NCBI RefSeq assembly: GCF_964194155.1
Contig: NC_135886.1
Coordinates: 78,306,001-78,370,000, forward strand
Direction of reading: 5' to 3'
DNA: 64,000 nt
Origin: Cetorhinus maximus
Taxonomy: Eukaryota
Part shown: piece by piece, positions 1-10,800 of the stretch
Numbering within the stretch: the first letter of the stretch is position 1
Layout of the letters: each line of letters opens with the position of its first letter
Notes under the pieces: model-generated
Seen by the model: the letters and a program-made list of their open reading frames with translations, nothing else
The model's database searches: none
What the model was told of the DNA's origin: nothing
Translations under genes and position numbers: made by a program

Positions 1-86
1 TAAATTAATATGATCATGCAATAAAAAGATATGGAGCACAGCTTTGTTGTAGAAAATATCATATTATTTCTAACCATATTTCTCAC

Positions 87-654
87 CTGCACCTTCACTT
101 TTCCCATCATCCCCTATAAGAGGGACAGTGATTGATGATGTTACACCATCTGGCTGCACGGTTGTGTAGACTACAGGCAATGACTGGACAACCACAGGTA
201 TGTGCTGCAGGTTTCCCATTTTGCTGGGTAAATTGATTGATGGCACAGTGTGTATAACGTGCAGGATCTGCTGTCCTCCAACCCCCTGAGACGAGGCTAA
301 GATAGAGCCTGGTGATAATACTGCTGGGATGGCTGAAGTAACATTGACTGGTCCCCCAGATGAGAAGTCCGAAGAAGAGCATGAAGAGACTGCTGTTACA
401 ACTGGAAGCGAAGATGAAACCAATGGCGCTACGGGTGAGGTCCTAGATTTGTTTAAGGACAAATCAACAGGTTCCGTTTGAGGCTGGTTATCATCATTTG
501 AAAGTAGTTCCTCCGGTGGTTCCATTTTAATGTTGCTTAGTAACACTGGTGCATCTGTTTTTAGATCACTAAGCAACGCAGAAGATTCCATTTTCACATT
601 ATTTATCAACATGGGGACTGCTTCCATTCGCACGTATTCAGAAGCTTGAACTGA
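87..654 (-). CDS. klf8: Internal coding exon (568 nt) of a Kruppel-like factor 8 (KLF3/8/12 group), N-terminal repression domain
   Basis: Translation SVQASEYVRMEAVPMLINNVKME...IKMEPPEELL...QTEPVDLSLNK...QQILHVIHTVPSINLPSKMGNLQHIPVVVQSLPVVYTT...ITVPLIGDDGK. It has the PVDLS CtBP motif (457-471) and matches the recalled human KLF8 segments QQILHVIHTIPS/IPVVVQSLPMVYTT/ITVPLIGGDGK better than KLF12. Minus-strand acceptor ttcttctcttcaacAG| at 655-656 (phase 0); donor GCAG|GTGAGA at 86-81 (phase 1). Confidence 0.88.
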
Positions 655-1099
655 CTGTTGAAGAGAAGAAAATTCATTTTTAAAATGTATTCAAATGTGA
701 AACTTTCCCTTCATAATATAGTTCAGACACATTACAACATGAAGAAATTATTGATTTGTACCATTCTCTTCAGGCATACAAGAGACTCCAAAAATTGGAC
801 TGAATGAAATATTAACATTTGGCATCACTTCTACTCTCGAGTAATAGAATGGAAATGATTGAAATGCCAGGATTACTGTACTGCTGGGTAGAGGGGGTTG
901 GAAAAGAAGCACTTTTTGCCTTGAAGCAATACATACTTAAGCATAAATCCTATATCTATGTTGGCATCATGTAATTCAGGCCAGCTCTAAAATAGTTGAC
1001 CGGTTTCAGACCCAAGGCTTCCCAAAGCTCATGCTTTAAGTGTGCAGGGTGGATTGGGATGGTGGAAGTTTATTCAGTTCTCAACTAGGCAAGTGCTGT

Positions 1100-1330
1100 A
1101 AATATGCACTACGTGAAAACTCTGCTATCTGCATTCCATAGTGTTAAGTGAGGCAGAGCCCAGAAGTTATTTTAGCAATGCAAACATGGCCATTGGTTCT
1201 GTGCATTTGCTTTCTATGCAAGTTCCTACAACAGTGGCTGCATTTCGACAGAACTTCATTGGTTGTAAGCTGCTTTGAGAGGTACTGAGTTTATGCAATT
1301 TACTATAGAAATGCAAGTCTTTCTACTTTC
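1100..1330 (+). mobile_element. Old SINE 3' part (DeuSINE/SacSINE1-like tail)
   Basis: acaacagtggctgcatttc...ttcattggttgtaagctgctttg...tatagaaatgcaagtctttc resembles the recalled AmnSINE/SacSINE 3' tail. Related copies at ~5080-5160 (-), ~36730-36810 (-) and ~39000-39210 (+). Confidence 0.55.
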
Positions 1331-1784
1331 TGTACAAATGCAGTCCAGCACATCCACAAGAAGAAATTCCTCATTCCCATCACAAAAGCGACAGAACGAC
1401 AGGCACATCACTTGCTCAACTGGGTGCAAATACTGCAGCTATTTAAGTTACCTAGTGGAAAGCTCACACTGGCCATTTACTGAGTCTATTAATCAAAGTG
1501 CTCTAGCTGGTAGTCACAGAAAAGTACATGTCAACATCAGTTTTGTTTTAAATGTTTTGGAAATATATGGCACTAACAAGACAAATACAACTTGTACCAA
1601 GACAACCAGTAACTAGAATAACCAGAGACACATATAATCCCCATCACTGTACATTAACAATTGCAATCCATAAGTAGTCTTTGAAAGGGACATTTTGGTT
1701 CTCAGTCTTTGCTACAGAACAGGAAGACAAGATAAAGCTCATCCAATCACATTTACACTAAATGTACCCAGAGTCTGCACTGAA

Positions 1785-1900
1785 ATGGGCTCGGTCATTG
1801 ACCTGAAATGTTAACTCTGTTTCTCTCCACAGATGCTGCTGAGTATTTCCAGCATTGTGTGTTTTTATTTCCGATTTCCAGAAACAGTAGTAGTTGCTTT
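1785..1900 (+). mobile_element. PLE terminal-repeat-derived fragment with degenerate hammerhead
   Basis: ggtcattgacctgaaatgttaactctgtttctctccacagatgctgctgagtatttccagcat... is homologous to the terminal repeat of the PLE at 6639-10073, in the opposite orientation. Confidence 0.7.
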
Positions 1901-2420
1901 TGCACTGAAATGGTTGGTTAGTAGTACAGGTAACTATGGAACTGGATGAAGAACTGGCCTGCAATTAGAAGCCCCTGAAGTAATGGCACCTTCAATTTGT
2001 CTCAGTGTTAAAATCACTTGCTTTTGAAATAGCAAGAAATAGCATCAGCAGCTGCAGAAGAGTTTCTGCCCTGATTGTAAGAACAGGCAAACAGGACAAA
2101 GTTGAAAACTTTACAAACATTCAATTCATGGACTTAAACCATTGTCTTTCTGCTGCCTCTTTCCTCAATTCAGATGAGGTTTCAGGTAAGACAATGATCT
2201 ATTGATAGACTCCCCGAGGTCACTGCACATTGTCCAGCAGTTTTTTAACAAGGTTGGGGGGGAGCATCAGGTATTCTGTTGGACATCTTTCCTTTGCTTA
2301 CACTGCCATGCATTGATCACAGTCCAACTGGACTCCTTTGGACCCAAAATCATTAACAGCATCTCCATTTCTCCAGAGTTCTGCAATGATATTCTTTCTT
2401 TCAAAGAAACAGCACTACCT

Positions 2421-2561
2421 AAAATAATAAAAGCAAAATACTACAGATGCTGGAAATCTGAAATAAAAACAAAGTGCCGGAAAAACTCAGCAGGTCTGGC
2501 AGCATCTGGGGAGAGAGAAACAAAGTTAACGTTTTGAGTCCAATATGACTCTTCTTTGGAA
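2421..2561 (-). mobile_element. PLE terminal-repeat-derived short element with degenerate hammerhead
   Basis: gatgctggaaatctgaaataaaaacaaagtgccggaaaaactcagcaggtctggcagcatc...gttaacgttttgagtccaatatgactcttc aligns to 9920-10035. The stem II GAGTC/GACTC is retained. Confidence 0.8.
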
Positions 2562-3384
2562 TGTTTTTTTCCAATTTCTCTTCTCCTGAAGAAATTAAGT
2601 CAGTGAGGTACGTACTGTTCAACAGATGCCCCCTACCCTTCAATGCCTTACACGACTGGCTATTATTCACAAGCTTCTGACAACGAATATTGGCAGGCTG
2701 ACAGCAAAGCTCAGCAAGCCAAGCCCAACCTTGTGCTCACCCATCATCCAGGAACATACACATTACATTAGTTATCACTGGACAGGAATAAGAATAGGAA
2801 CCTTGGTTGATTTTCTATATCAAACAAAAATCTGTCAAAATAATTAACTTTGCACAAAGTTAAAGCCATAGACCACTTATTTTGGTTACAGCTGCAAATA
2901 TACCAGACCATGACATTTTCACTTTATACAGCTTCATAGTAATTCTGGTACAACATATCCCACACAGTAAATAGGAACACCTTCTTTGTTGCTTACCAAC
3001 CCAATACAGATACTTAGCACTAAATTATGATAAAAACAATGAAATACTTTGCTCATGTATCATGTTTAATAGGCGGGCCAGGTAAACCATCGCAAGGTGG
3101 GCATGGTTAGGCTTAAAAGGGTTGAATTTTGGTCGGGTCACCCTGATTGACAACCGTGGCTTCAGAGGCTCATTGGTTGATCATGGGGATGCCTGCAGAA
3201 AGCCATGGCAAATGTTGCTCAATTGTGAAGTGTTACAGTGGCATGGCATAAAGGATCCATATTAATGTGTGTCCTAGCAGGCAGATCAGTGAAGTTAATA
3301 CTAGTGGACAGGTTTATATGAGATTGACTGTCAGCTTAGAGCCCTGGGTTGGCATGAAACAAAGATCCAAAAATAGGCTGAAAT

Positions 3385-4395
3385 CAGAATCACATATTGT
3401 TACAGCGCAGAAGGAGGCCATTCAGCTCACTGTGTCTGCACCGGCTCTCCGATTGAGCACTATTACTTAGTGCCATTCTCCTGCCTTTTCCCCTAACCCT
3501 GCACATTGTTTCTATTTAAATAATCATCTAATGCCCTCTTGGATGCCTCGATTAAACCTGCCTCCACCACACTTCCAGGCAGTACATTCCAAACCCTAAC
3601 TACTCAACAGTGTGACAAAGATTTCTTTCACATTGTATTTGCTTCTTTTGCAAATCACTTTAAATCTGTGCCTTCTCATTCTCTCTAACCATTCTGTCCA
3701 ACCGCCTCATGATTTTGAACATCTCTATCAAATTTCCTCTTAACCTTCTCCTCTCCAAGGCGAACAGTCCCAATTTCGCAATCTATCTCCATAACTAAAC
3801 TTTCTCATCCCTGGAACTATTCCTGTAAACTTCTTCTGCACTCTCTCCAACGTGTTCACATCCTTCCTATAGTGTGGTGCCCAGAACAGTATACAATGCT
3901 CCAGCTGAGGTCCAACTAGTGTCCTATACAGGTTCAGCATAACCTCCTTGCTCTTGCCCCTATTAGTAAAGCCTAGGATACTATATGCTTTATTAACTGC
4001 TGTCTCCACCTGTCCTGCCACCTTCAATTACTTTTTCTTATTCATTCACAGGATGCGGGCTTCATTGGCTAGGCCAGCATTTATTGCCCATCCCTTGATG
4101 CCGTTGAAAAGGTGGTGGTAAGCTGCCTACTTGAACCGCTGCAGTCCATGTGGTGTAGGTGCACCCACAGTGCTGTAAGGAAGAGAGTTCCAGGGTTTTG
4201 ACCCAGTGGCAGTGAAGGAATGGCGATACAGTTCCAAGTCAGGGTGATGAGTGACTTGGAGGGGAACTTTCAAGTGGCGGTGTTCTCATCTATCTGCTGC
4301 TCTTGTCCTTCTAGATGGTAGTGGTCGTGGGTCTGCACCCAAGTCCCTCTGCTCCTGCACACCCTTTACAGCTGCACCCCTTATTTTACATTGTC
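3385..4395 (-). mobile_element. CR1 LINE 3' fragment, interrupted at ~4030-4332 by the 3' end of a second LINE family
   Basis: ORF 3740-4027 (NKAYSILGFTNR...LYRTLVGPQLEHCILFWAPHYRKDVNTLERVQKKFT) is a CR1 ORF2 C-terminus. The inserted piece carries the tail gggcaataaatgctggcctagcc shared with 15085-15308, 29485, 36600 and 44165. Confidence 0.85.
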
Positions 4396-6699
4396 AGTTC
4401 AGATGTAGAAATAGTTAAGCAAACTGTTAAATTTTATGAATAATTCCATGATATTGATCTGTGCGGCTGTCCCAGAAGCAACTGTATTGTTATCCATTTA
4501 TTGATTGTATCAGAGATTAAAATACCAAATTCTCAAGTGACCCTTTGACACCTACTAGATCAACAGAAATTCTATTCCAGTCGTCTTTTGGATAAAAGTT
4601 GCTGAGAATTCTTGCATGCAGTATCATAGAGTGTTATTTTGTATTAGATTTTTGAAGCAATGAATGATTCAAGGAGCTGTATGGCTTAATATTACAAATC
4701 AAAGTAATGTTGTTTGACAGAACAGAGATAATTTTATGACTTGCATTGCAGTTCTATACCTCCTGAGTCAGCATGAGGCTGTAGACAAGAACATTGAAGT
4801 AGTCAAGGCCAGAGTCACACAAGTACTTCAGGAGCCCAAAATAGCAGCTTCAGCTTTTGCTTAAATTAATCAAGAACAAATTTTAGCCCCTGCAGGTCTT
4901 AATGGTATTGAGGGTGCAGACAGATGGAGAGTGTAGCAATAGTCTGCCGTTAGGATGAATCAAGGAGGCAATAAAAGAGAGAGATGGATGCTGTGCTTAG
5001 GGAGGGTCAGTGACCCATCACTAATACCAATTACATTTGAGTTGTACTTGGCTGTACTTTTAGTAATTACTGTTTATTTTAAGAGCTTGTGTTTATATAG
5101 CACCTTTCACATCCTCAAGATGTCACAAAGTGCTTCAGAGCCAATGAAATACTTTTGTGGATATTGGAGAATACGGTCGGCAATTTCAAAAGATTCCGAA
5201 TCCAGACTATGATTCGCCACTCCTCCGAGGGGTTGTGAACCATGAACCATACAGAAGCGGGACCCACTCCAAGAATATCTGGGCGGGCGGGCAGGGGGAG
5301 GGGGGCGTGAAATATGAAATGCCTAGCCCCACAACAGAACCAGGCAGATTGGAGGTGCAGGGTGCAAGCTCAGTACCCACACCCTTATCCTGCGCCAGTA
5401 AAAATTGCCAGTGCCGACAATGGGGGTGGGAACCATGGAATCGGATCCCACCCGCCATTTTTAAATACCTCCAGCCCCAAAAAATATCTGGGCCTTAGTG
5501 TCAAGTAAAATTACCAAATTCTTTAATCTGTCAGCCTCTAGCTTTTGGAATAATATTCCCAGTTTTGAAGAGGATTTTGTATTTGGTACAGATAATTACA
5601 TGGGATAATTGTTTGTCCCGTTGGTGTATAGCCCTACATAAAAAGGGCAGAAAGAGTAGATAGCTTAAAAGAACATAGCTTAAAAAATATCTTCCAACTA
5701 ACAGACTGCCTAGCTGTTTGGGGACTGAAGTATAAATGTCAGCTCTGCAAATTTTAAGACAGATCAGAGTCAATAAAACAAAGGTGGACTGTAAACTGAA
5801 AAAATGCAAATTACCTCTGATAGAGTTTAGGGATCAAATCAGCTGCAAAGATTGTGAATTACAGCACAAGCTCCTTCACATGAAAATTAATAGGTAAAAT
5901 TTTGTACACACATAGATCTACACACATATATATGTTATTTACAATATAATAAACAGCAAACCAATCAGAAGATATCAGTGTTTTTATGACTGCAAACTGG
6001 TTGACAACATTTAATGTCAGAAATGAATCCCTCATCCCCCTGGATCACGCAGCAACAAAATTCCCTGTCCAAATTTCAGCGCCTAAAAGCTGACTTCAAT
6101 GAACAGGCTAACAGATGGAAGGAGCTTTTAAAGTTCACCTCAGGTTCATCTTAGTCAGCTTCAAATTCAAGTTCATTAATGGTCATGCTGTAACAAACCC
6201 ATTTAAGTACAAGGCTAATAATTTATTGGCAATCAATTCGAAAAATAATCCATTAACAGACAAGTCACCAAGGTACGAAGTACAATCATACCTTATTTAA
6301 TTTGGGTACTAAATGCTGACTACAGAAAACTGACAGCATAATTATGTTAATGAAACAAAAGTGTGATCAGCTGCAGTCACACATTGTCTGAAAACGTATT
6401 CTTATTGAGGTGGCATTCTTTCAGTCTCCAGTTAAATATGAAACCAACACTCAGTGAGAAATTACACCATCTGGTGCATTACTAGGTCACATGACCCAAG
6501 CAGACGCCAGGTTTGATCCCAATTTGTGCTGCGTTAATTGATATCAACTAGGATGGCAGTACTGATGCTATAATTGGTCCAGTGTCCCTGGGCTAAGGAA
6601 GTGACATTAACTAGATTTCCACCCAGATGAATATCGAGACAAAAACAGAATTACCTGGAAAAACTCAGCAGGTCTGGCAGCATCAGCGGAGAAGAAAAG

Positions 6700-6738
6700 A
6701 GTTGACGTTTCGAGTCCTCATGACCCTTCAGCAGAACT
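6700..6738 (-). ncRNA. Minimal type I hammerhead ribozyme in the PLE 3' terminal repeat
   Basis: Minus-strand RNA AGUU-CUGCUGA-A-GGGUC-AUGAG-GACUC-GAAAC-GUC^-AACU: stem I AGUU/AACU, stem II GGGUC/GACUC, palindromic ACGU stem III. The core has C at position 6 instead of the usual A. Confidence 0.75.
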
Positions 6739-7120
6739 GAGTAAAGTTAGGAGAGGGGTGAAATATAAGCTGGTTTAAGGTGGTGGGAGAGAAGTTGGGG
6801 AGGGGGGGCAGGGGGGTGGTTGTAGAGACAAGCAAGCAGTGATAGGAGCAGATAATCAAAAGATGTCACAGACAAAAGGAACAAAGAGGTGTTGAAGGTG
6901 GTGATATTATCTAAGAAAATGTGCTAATTAAGAATGGATGGCAGGACACTCAAGGTACAACTCTAGTGGGGGTGGGGTGGAAAGACTGACGACAGGGTAT
7001 TACAGTTATAGATTTAAAAATAATGGAAATAGGTGGGAAAAGAAAAATCTATATAAATTATTGGAAAAAACAAAAGGGAGGGGGAAGAAACGGAAAGTGG
7101 GTGGGGATGGGGGAGGGAGT

Positions 7121-9867
7121 TCAAGATCTAAAGTTGTTGAATTCAATATTCAGCCCGGAAGGCTGTAAAGTGCCTAGTCGGAAGATGAGGTGCTGTTCCT
7201 CCAGTTTGCGTTGGGCTTCACTGGAACAATGCAGCAAGCCAAGGACAGACATGTGGGCAAGAGAACAGGGTGGAGTGTTAAAATGGCAAGCGACAGGGAG
7301 GTTTGGGTCTTTCTTGCGGACAGACCGCAGGTGTTCTGCAAAGCGGTCGCCCAGTTTGCGTTTGGTCTCTCCAATGTAGAGGAGACCGCATTGGGAGCAA
7401 TGAATGCAGTAGACTAAGTTAGGGGAAATGCAAGTGAAATGCTGCTTCACTTGAAAGGAGTGTTTGGGCCCTTGGACGGTGAGGAGAGAGGAAGTGAAGG
7501 GGCAGGTGTTGCATCTTCTGCGTGGGCATGGGGAGGTGCCATAGGTGGGGGTTGAGGAGTAGGGGGTGATGGAGGAGTGGACCAGGGTGTCCCGGAGGAA
7601 ACGATCCCTACAGAATGCCGCCGGGGGGGGGTGAAGGAAAGATGTGTTTGGTGGTGGCATCATGCTGGAGTTGGCGGAAATGGCGGAGGATGATCCTTTG
7701 AATGCAGAGGCTGGTGGGATGATAAGTGAGGACAAGGGGGACCCTATCATGTTTCTGGGAGGGAGGAGAAGGCGTGAGGGCGGATGCGCGGGAGATGGGC
7801 CGGACACGGTTGAGGGCCCTGTCAACGACCGTGGGTGGAAAACCTCCGTTAAGGAAGAAGGAGGACATGTCAGAGGAACTGTTTTTGAAGGTAGCATTAT
7901 CAGAACAGATGCGACGGAGGCGAAGGAACTGAGAGAATGGGATGGAGTCCTTACAGGAAGCGGGGTGTGAGGAGCTGTAGTCGAGGTAGCTGTGGGAGTC
8001 GGTAGGCTTGTAATGAATATTGGTGGACAGTCTATCATCAGAAACAGAGACAGAGAGGTCAAGGAAGGGAAGGGAAGTGTCAGAGATGGACCATGTGAAA
8101 TGATGGAGGGGTGGAGATTGGAAGCAAAATTAATAAATTTTTCCGGGTCCCGACGAGAGCACGAAGCAGCACCGAAGCAGTCATCGATGTACCAGAGAAA
8201 GAGTTGTGGGAGGAGGCCGGAGTAGGACTGGAACAAGGAATGTTCCACATACCCCATAAAGAGACAGGCATAGCTGGGGCCCATGCGGGTACCCACAGCC
8301 ACACCTTTGATTTGGAGGAAGTGAGAGGAGTTAAAGGAGAAATTGTTCAGTGTGAGAACAAGTTCAGCCAGACGGAGGAGAGTAGTGGTGGATGGGGATT
8401 GTTGGGGCCTCTGTTCAAGGAAGAAGCTAAGGGCCCTCAGACCATCCTGGTGGGGGATGGAGGTGTAGAGGGATTGGACGTCCATGGTGAAGAGGAAGCG
8501 GTTGGGGCCAGGGAACTGGAAATTGTTGATGTGACGTAAGGTGTCAGAGGAATCACGGATGTAGGTGGGAAGGGACTGGACAAGGGGAGAGAGAAGGGAG
8601 TCAAGATAACGAGAAATGAGTTCTGTGGGGCAGGAATAGGCTGACACGATCGGTCTGCCGGGACAGTTCTGTTTGTGGATTTTGGGTAGGAGGTAGAAAC
8701 GGGCCGTCCGAGGTTGGGCAACTATCAGGTTGGAAGCTGTGGGAGGAAGATCTCCAGAGGAGATGAGGTCAGTGACAGTCCTGGAAACAATGGCTTGATG
8801 TTCAGTGGTGGGGTCATGGTCCAGGGAGAGGTAGGAGGAAGTGTCTGTGAGTTGACGCTCAGCCTCCTCGAGATAGAGGTCAGTGCGCCAGACAACAGCA
8901 CCACCCTTGTCAGCGGGTTTGATGACAATGTTGGGGTTGGACCTGAGAGAACGGAGCGCAATAAGTTCAGAGAGAGACAGATTAGAATGGGTGAGAGGAG
9001 CAGAGAAATTGAGACGACTAATGTCACGCCGACAGTTCTCAATGAAAAAATCAAGAGAAGGTAAGAATCCAGAGGGAGGGGTCCAGGTGGAGGGAGAATA
9101 TTGGAGGTGGGTAAAAGGATCCGGGGAGAGGACTCGTGCCCAAAGAAGTGAGCACGGAGACGAAGACGGCGGAAGAAGAGTTCAGCATCGTGCCGAGCCC
9201 GAAATTCATTGAGATAAGGGCGTAAGGGTATGAAACTAAGTCCTTTGCTGAGCACTGAACGTTCAGCATCGGAGAGGGGAAGGTCAGGGGGTATAGTGAA
9301 TACGCGGCTGGGGCTGGAATTGGAAGATGGGGTGGGGACGGAGGGACAAGCAGGGGTGGAGGGTCCCAGATGGGTGCTGGTGTCGATGAGTTGTTGGAGC
9401 TTGCATTCCTTAGCACTTGAGAGAAAGAGAAAAAGTTTCTTGTTGAGGCGACGGATGAGACGAAAAATAAAATGAAACTGGGGGCACACGCAGCTTTGAA
9501 AAAGGGTGCGGCGGTGCTGCTGGAGGGAGAGGTCGAGTGTGTTCATATGGCGGTGCATGGCACTGAGTGTGGATCTCAGAATGCGACGGGAACAGCAGTC
9601 CGAGAAACGTTTTATGTCCCAGAGATACCTGTAATCCTGGGTGGGTTCGAAACAAGAGGGATGGAATTTCAGTTGAAATCCACGTGGGGTGAGTCGGAGA
9701 CGGAGACAGTCACTGAGAAAGGAAATATGGCTGTGAAAGCGGGTTTTAGTAAACACCTTGTCAAACACCAGGAGAGAAATGGAAAGCAATGAAGGTGAAC
9801 AAGGCAGAAAAGACAGGCGGAAATCCTGTCGGAGAGCAGAGCAATACTTCTTCAAGGTAGGCATTTC
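7121..9867 (-). pseudogene. PLE polyprotein: N-terminal domain + reverse transcriptase + Cys-rich linker + GIY-YIG endonuclease, about three frameshifts
   Basis: Motifs: HISFLSDCLRLRLTPRGF (N-term), VIKPADKGGAVV, FYLLPKIHK, TMDVQSLYTSIPH, QIKGVAVGTRMGPSYA, YIDD (RT), CPRRRCNTC linker, LVYCIHCSQCGLLYIGETKR...RFAEH...EEQHLI...GLN (GIY-YIG). Frame changes at ~9122, ~8098 and the G-run at ~7623-7631. Confidence 0.93.
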
Positions 9868-10000
9868 TTGAAGAGGAGTGGCAGTCAATTAAACACAGAG
9901 ATAAAAACAAAAAACTACTGCGGATGCTGGAAATCCAAAACAAAAACAGAATTACCTGGAAAAACTCAGCAGGTCTGGCAGCATCGGCGGAGAAGAAAAG

Positions 10001-10039
10001 AGTTGACGTTTCGAGTCCTCATGACCCTTCAGCAGAACT
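10001..10039 (-). ncRNA. Minimal type I hammerhead ribozyme in the PLE 5' terminal repeat
   Basis: Identical in sequence to 6700-6738. Confidence 0.75.
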
Positions 10040-10111
10040 GAGTAAAGTTAGGAGAGGGGTGAAATATAAGCTGAATATCGAGACACCCCTGCTGTTGAGT
10101 ATGTAGACAGT

Positions 10112-10800
10112 AAGCTGAATTTAATGCTCTCCGCTGTGGCGAGTTTGGTGGCCAGGGCATTTAATTGGGCAGGAGGGTGGCGGGTGGGGACCCTGCTGCT
10201 TTCCCACCTCTGCACTGATCAAGCCTGCGGCAGGAAAGCACATGGAAGGCCATCCCGGCCCACTGCCAATTGATGCCTTTTGAGGCAATTAACGCTCACT
10301 TAAGAGCCTCTTCCCACTGCCACTGCTGTTCACCAAGTGGCAGGCAGGCGACTCGCCATGCAGGAAGCCCAATAAACAAACCCTATCAGGATTCCTTGTG
10401 GGCTTCCGGGAAGGGGGGGGTGGGTGGTCATGGCATCAGGAAAGGGGGACAACCCACTGAGAGCTGCCCCTGCTGTCGACTCCCCTCCCCAACCCATGAC
10501 CCCCTCCCACTATCACTCACCTGTGGCCTGGGTCCCTCAGTGAGTCGGGGCCTCTGGTGAGTGCATTACCAGCAACAGTCACTGCCTCCCCAGTGCCGCT
10601 GTCAAGTAATTAACAGCTGCCACTCTCTGATTGGCTGGCAGCTGTCACGGGTGGGATTTCCACCCCCAGGGCCTGTAATCCCAGGAAAGGCCCAATGCTG
10701 CACAGTTAAGCGTCTAATTGGCACTTAATGTGGAGGGCCTTCCCAAAGGGAGGTGACACAGGGTTCTCCAGAACCCCATCACTCTCATTAAATTCCACCC
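10112..10800. mobile_element. Non-autonomous DNA transposon (Harbinger-type MITE)
   Basis: GC-rich and non-coding. Ends gctgaatttaatg ... cattaaattccaccc are imperfect inverted repeats of the GGG-N-GAATTT type seen in other MITEs here. Confidence 0.55.

Larger units (their letters stand above)
6639..10073 (-). mobile_element. Near full-length Penelope-like retroelement (Neptune-type) with direct terminal repeats
   Basis: 134-bp direct repeats at 6639-6772 and 9940-10073 (one mismatch). RT and GIY-YIG coding region between them. TGAATATCGAGACA is duplicated at 6628-6641 and 10072-10085. The element sits inside an older SINE (~6490-6640 continuing at 10085-10110). Confidence 0.95.

Noticed and set aside
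70-633. ORF-track 187-aa protein as a complete gene
   Set aside because: It starts at a GTG inside an exon and runs past the splice donor at 86. No zinc fingers are present; it is an internal exon.
6938-9792. Many plus-strand ORFs overlapping the PLE
   Set aside because: Antisense shadows of a C/T-biased coding strand, with no recognisable motifs.
6773-9867. Selenocysteine recoding or SECIS, as reported for Naiad PLEs
   Set aside because: No in-frame TGA was needed to rebuild the ORF and no SECIS was recognised in the 3' region.
6639-10073. LTR retrotransposon interpretation of the direct repeats
   Set aside because: No TG...CA ends, gag or integrase. RT + GIY-YIG identifies a PLE.
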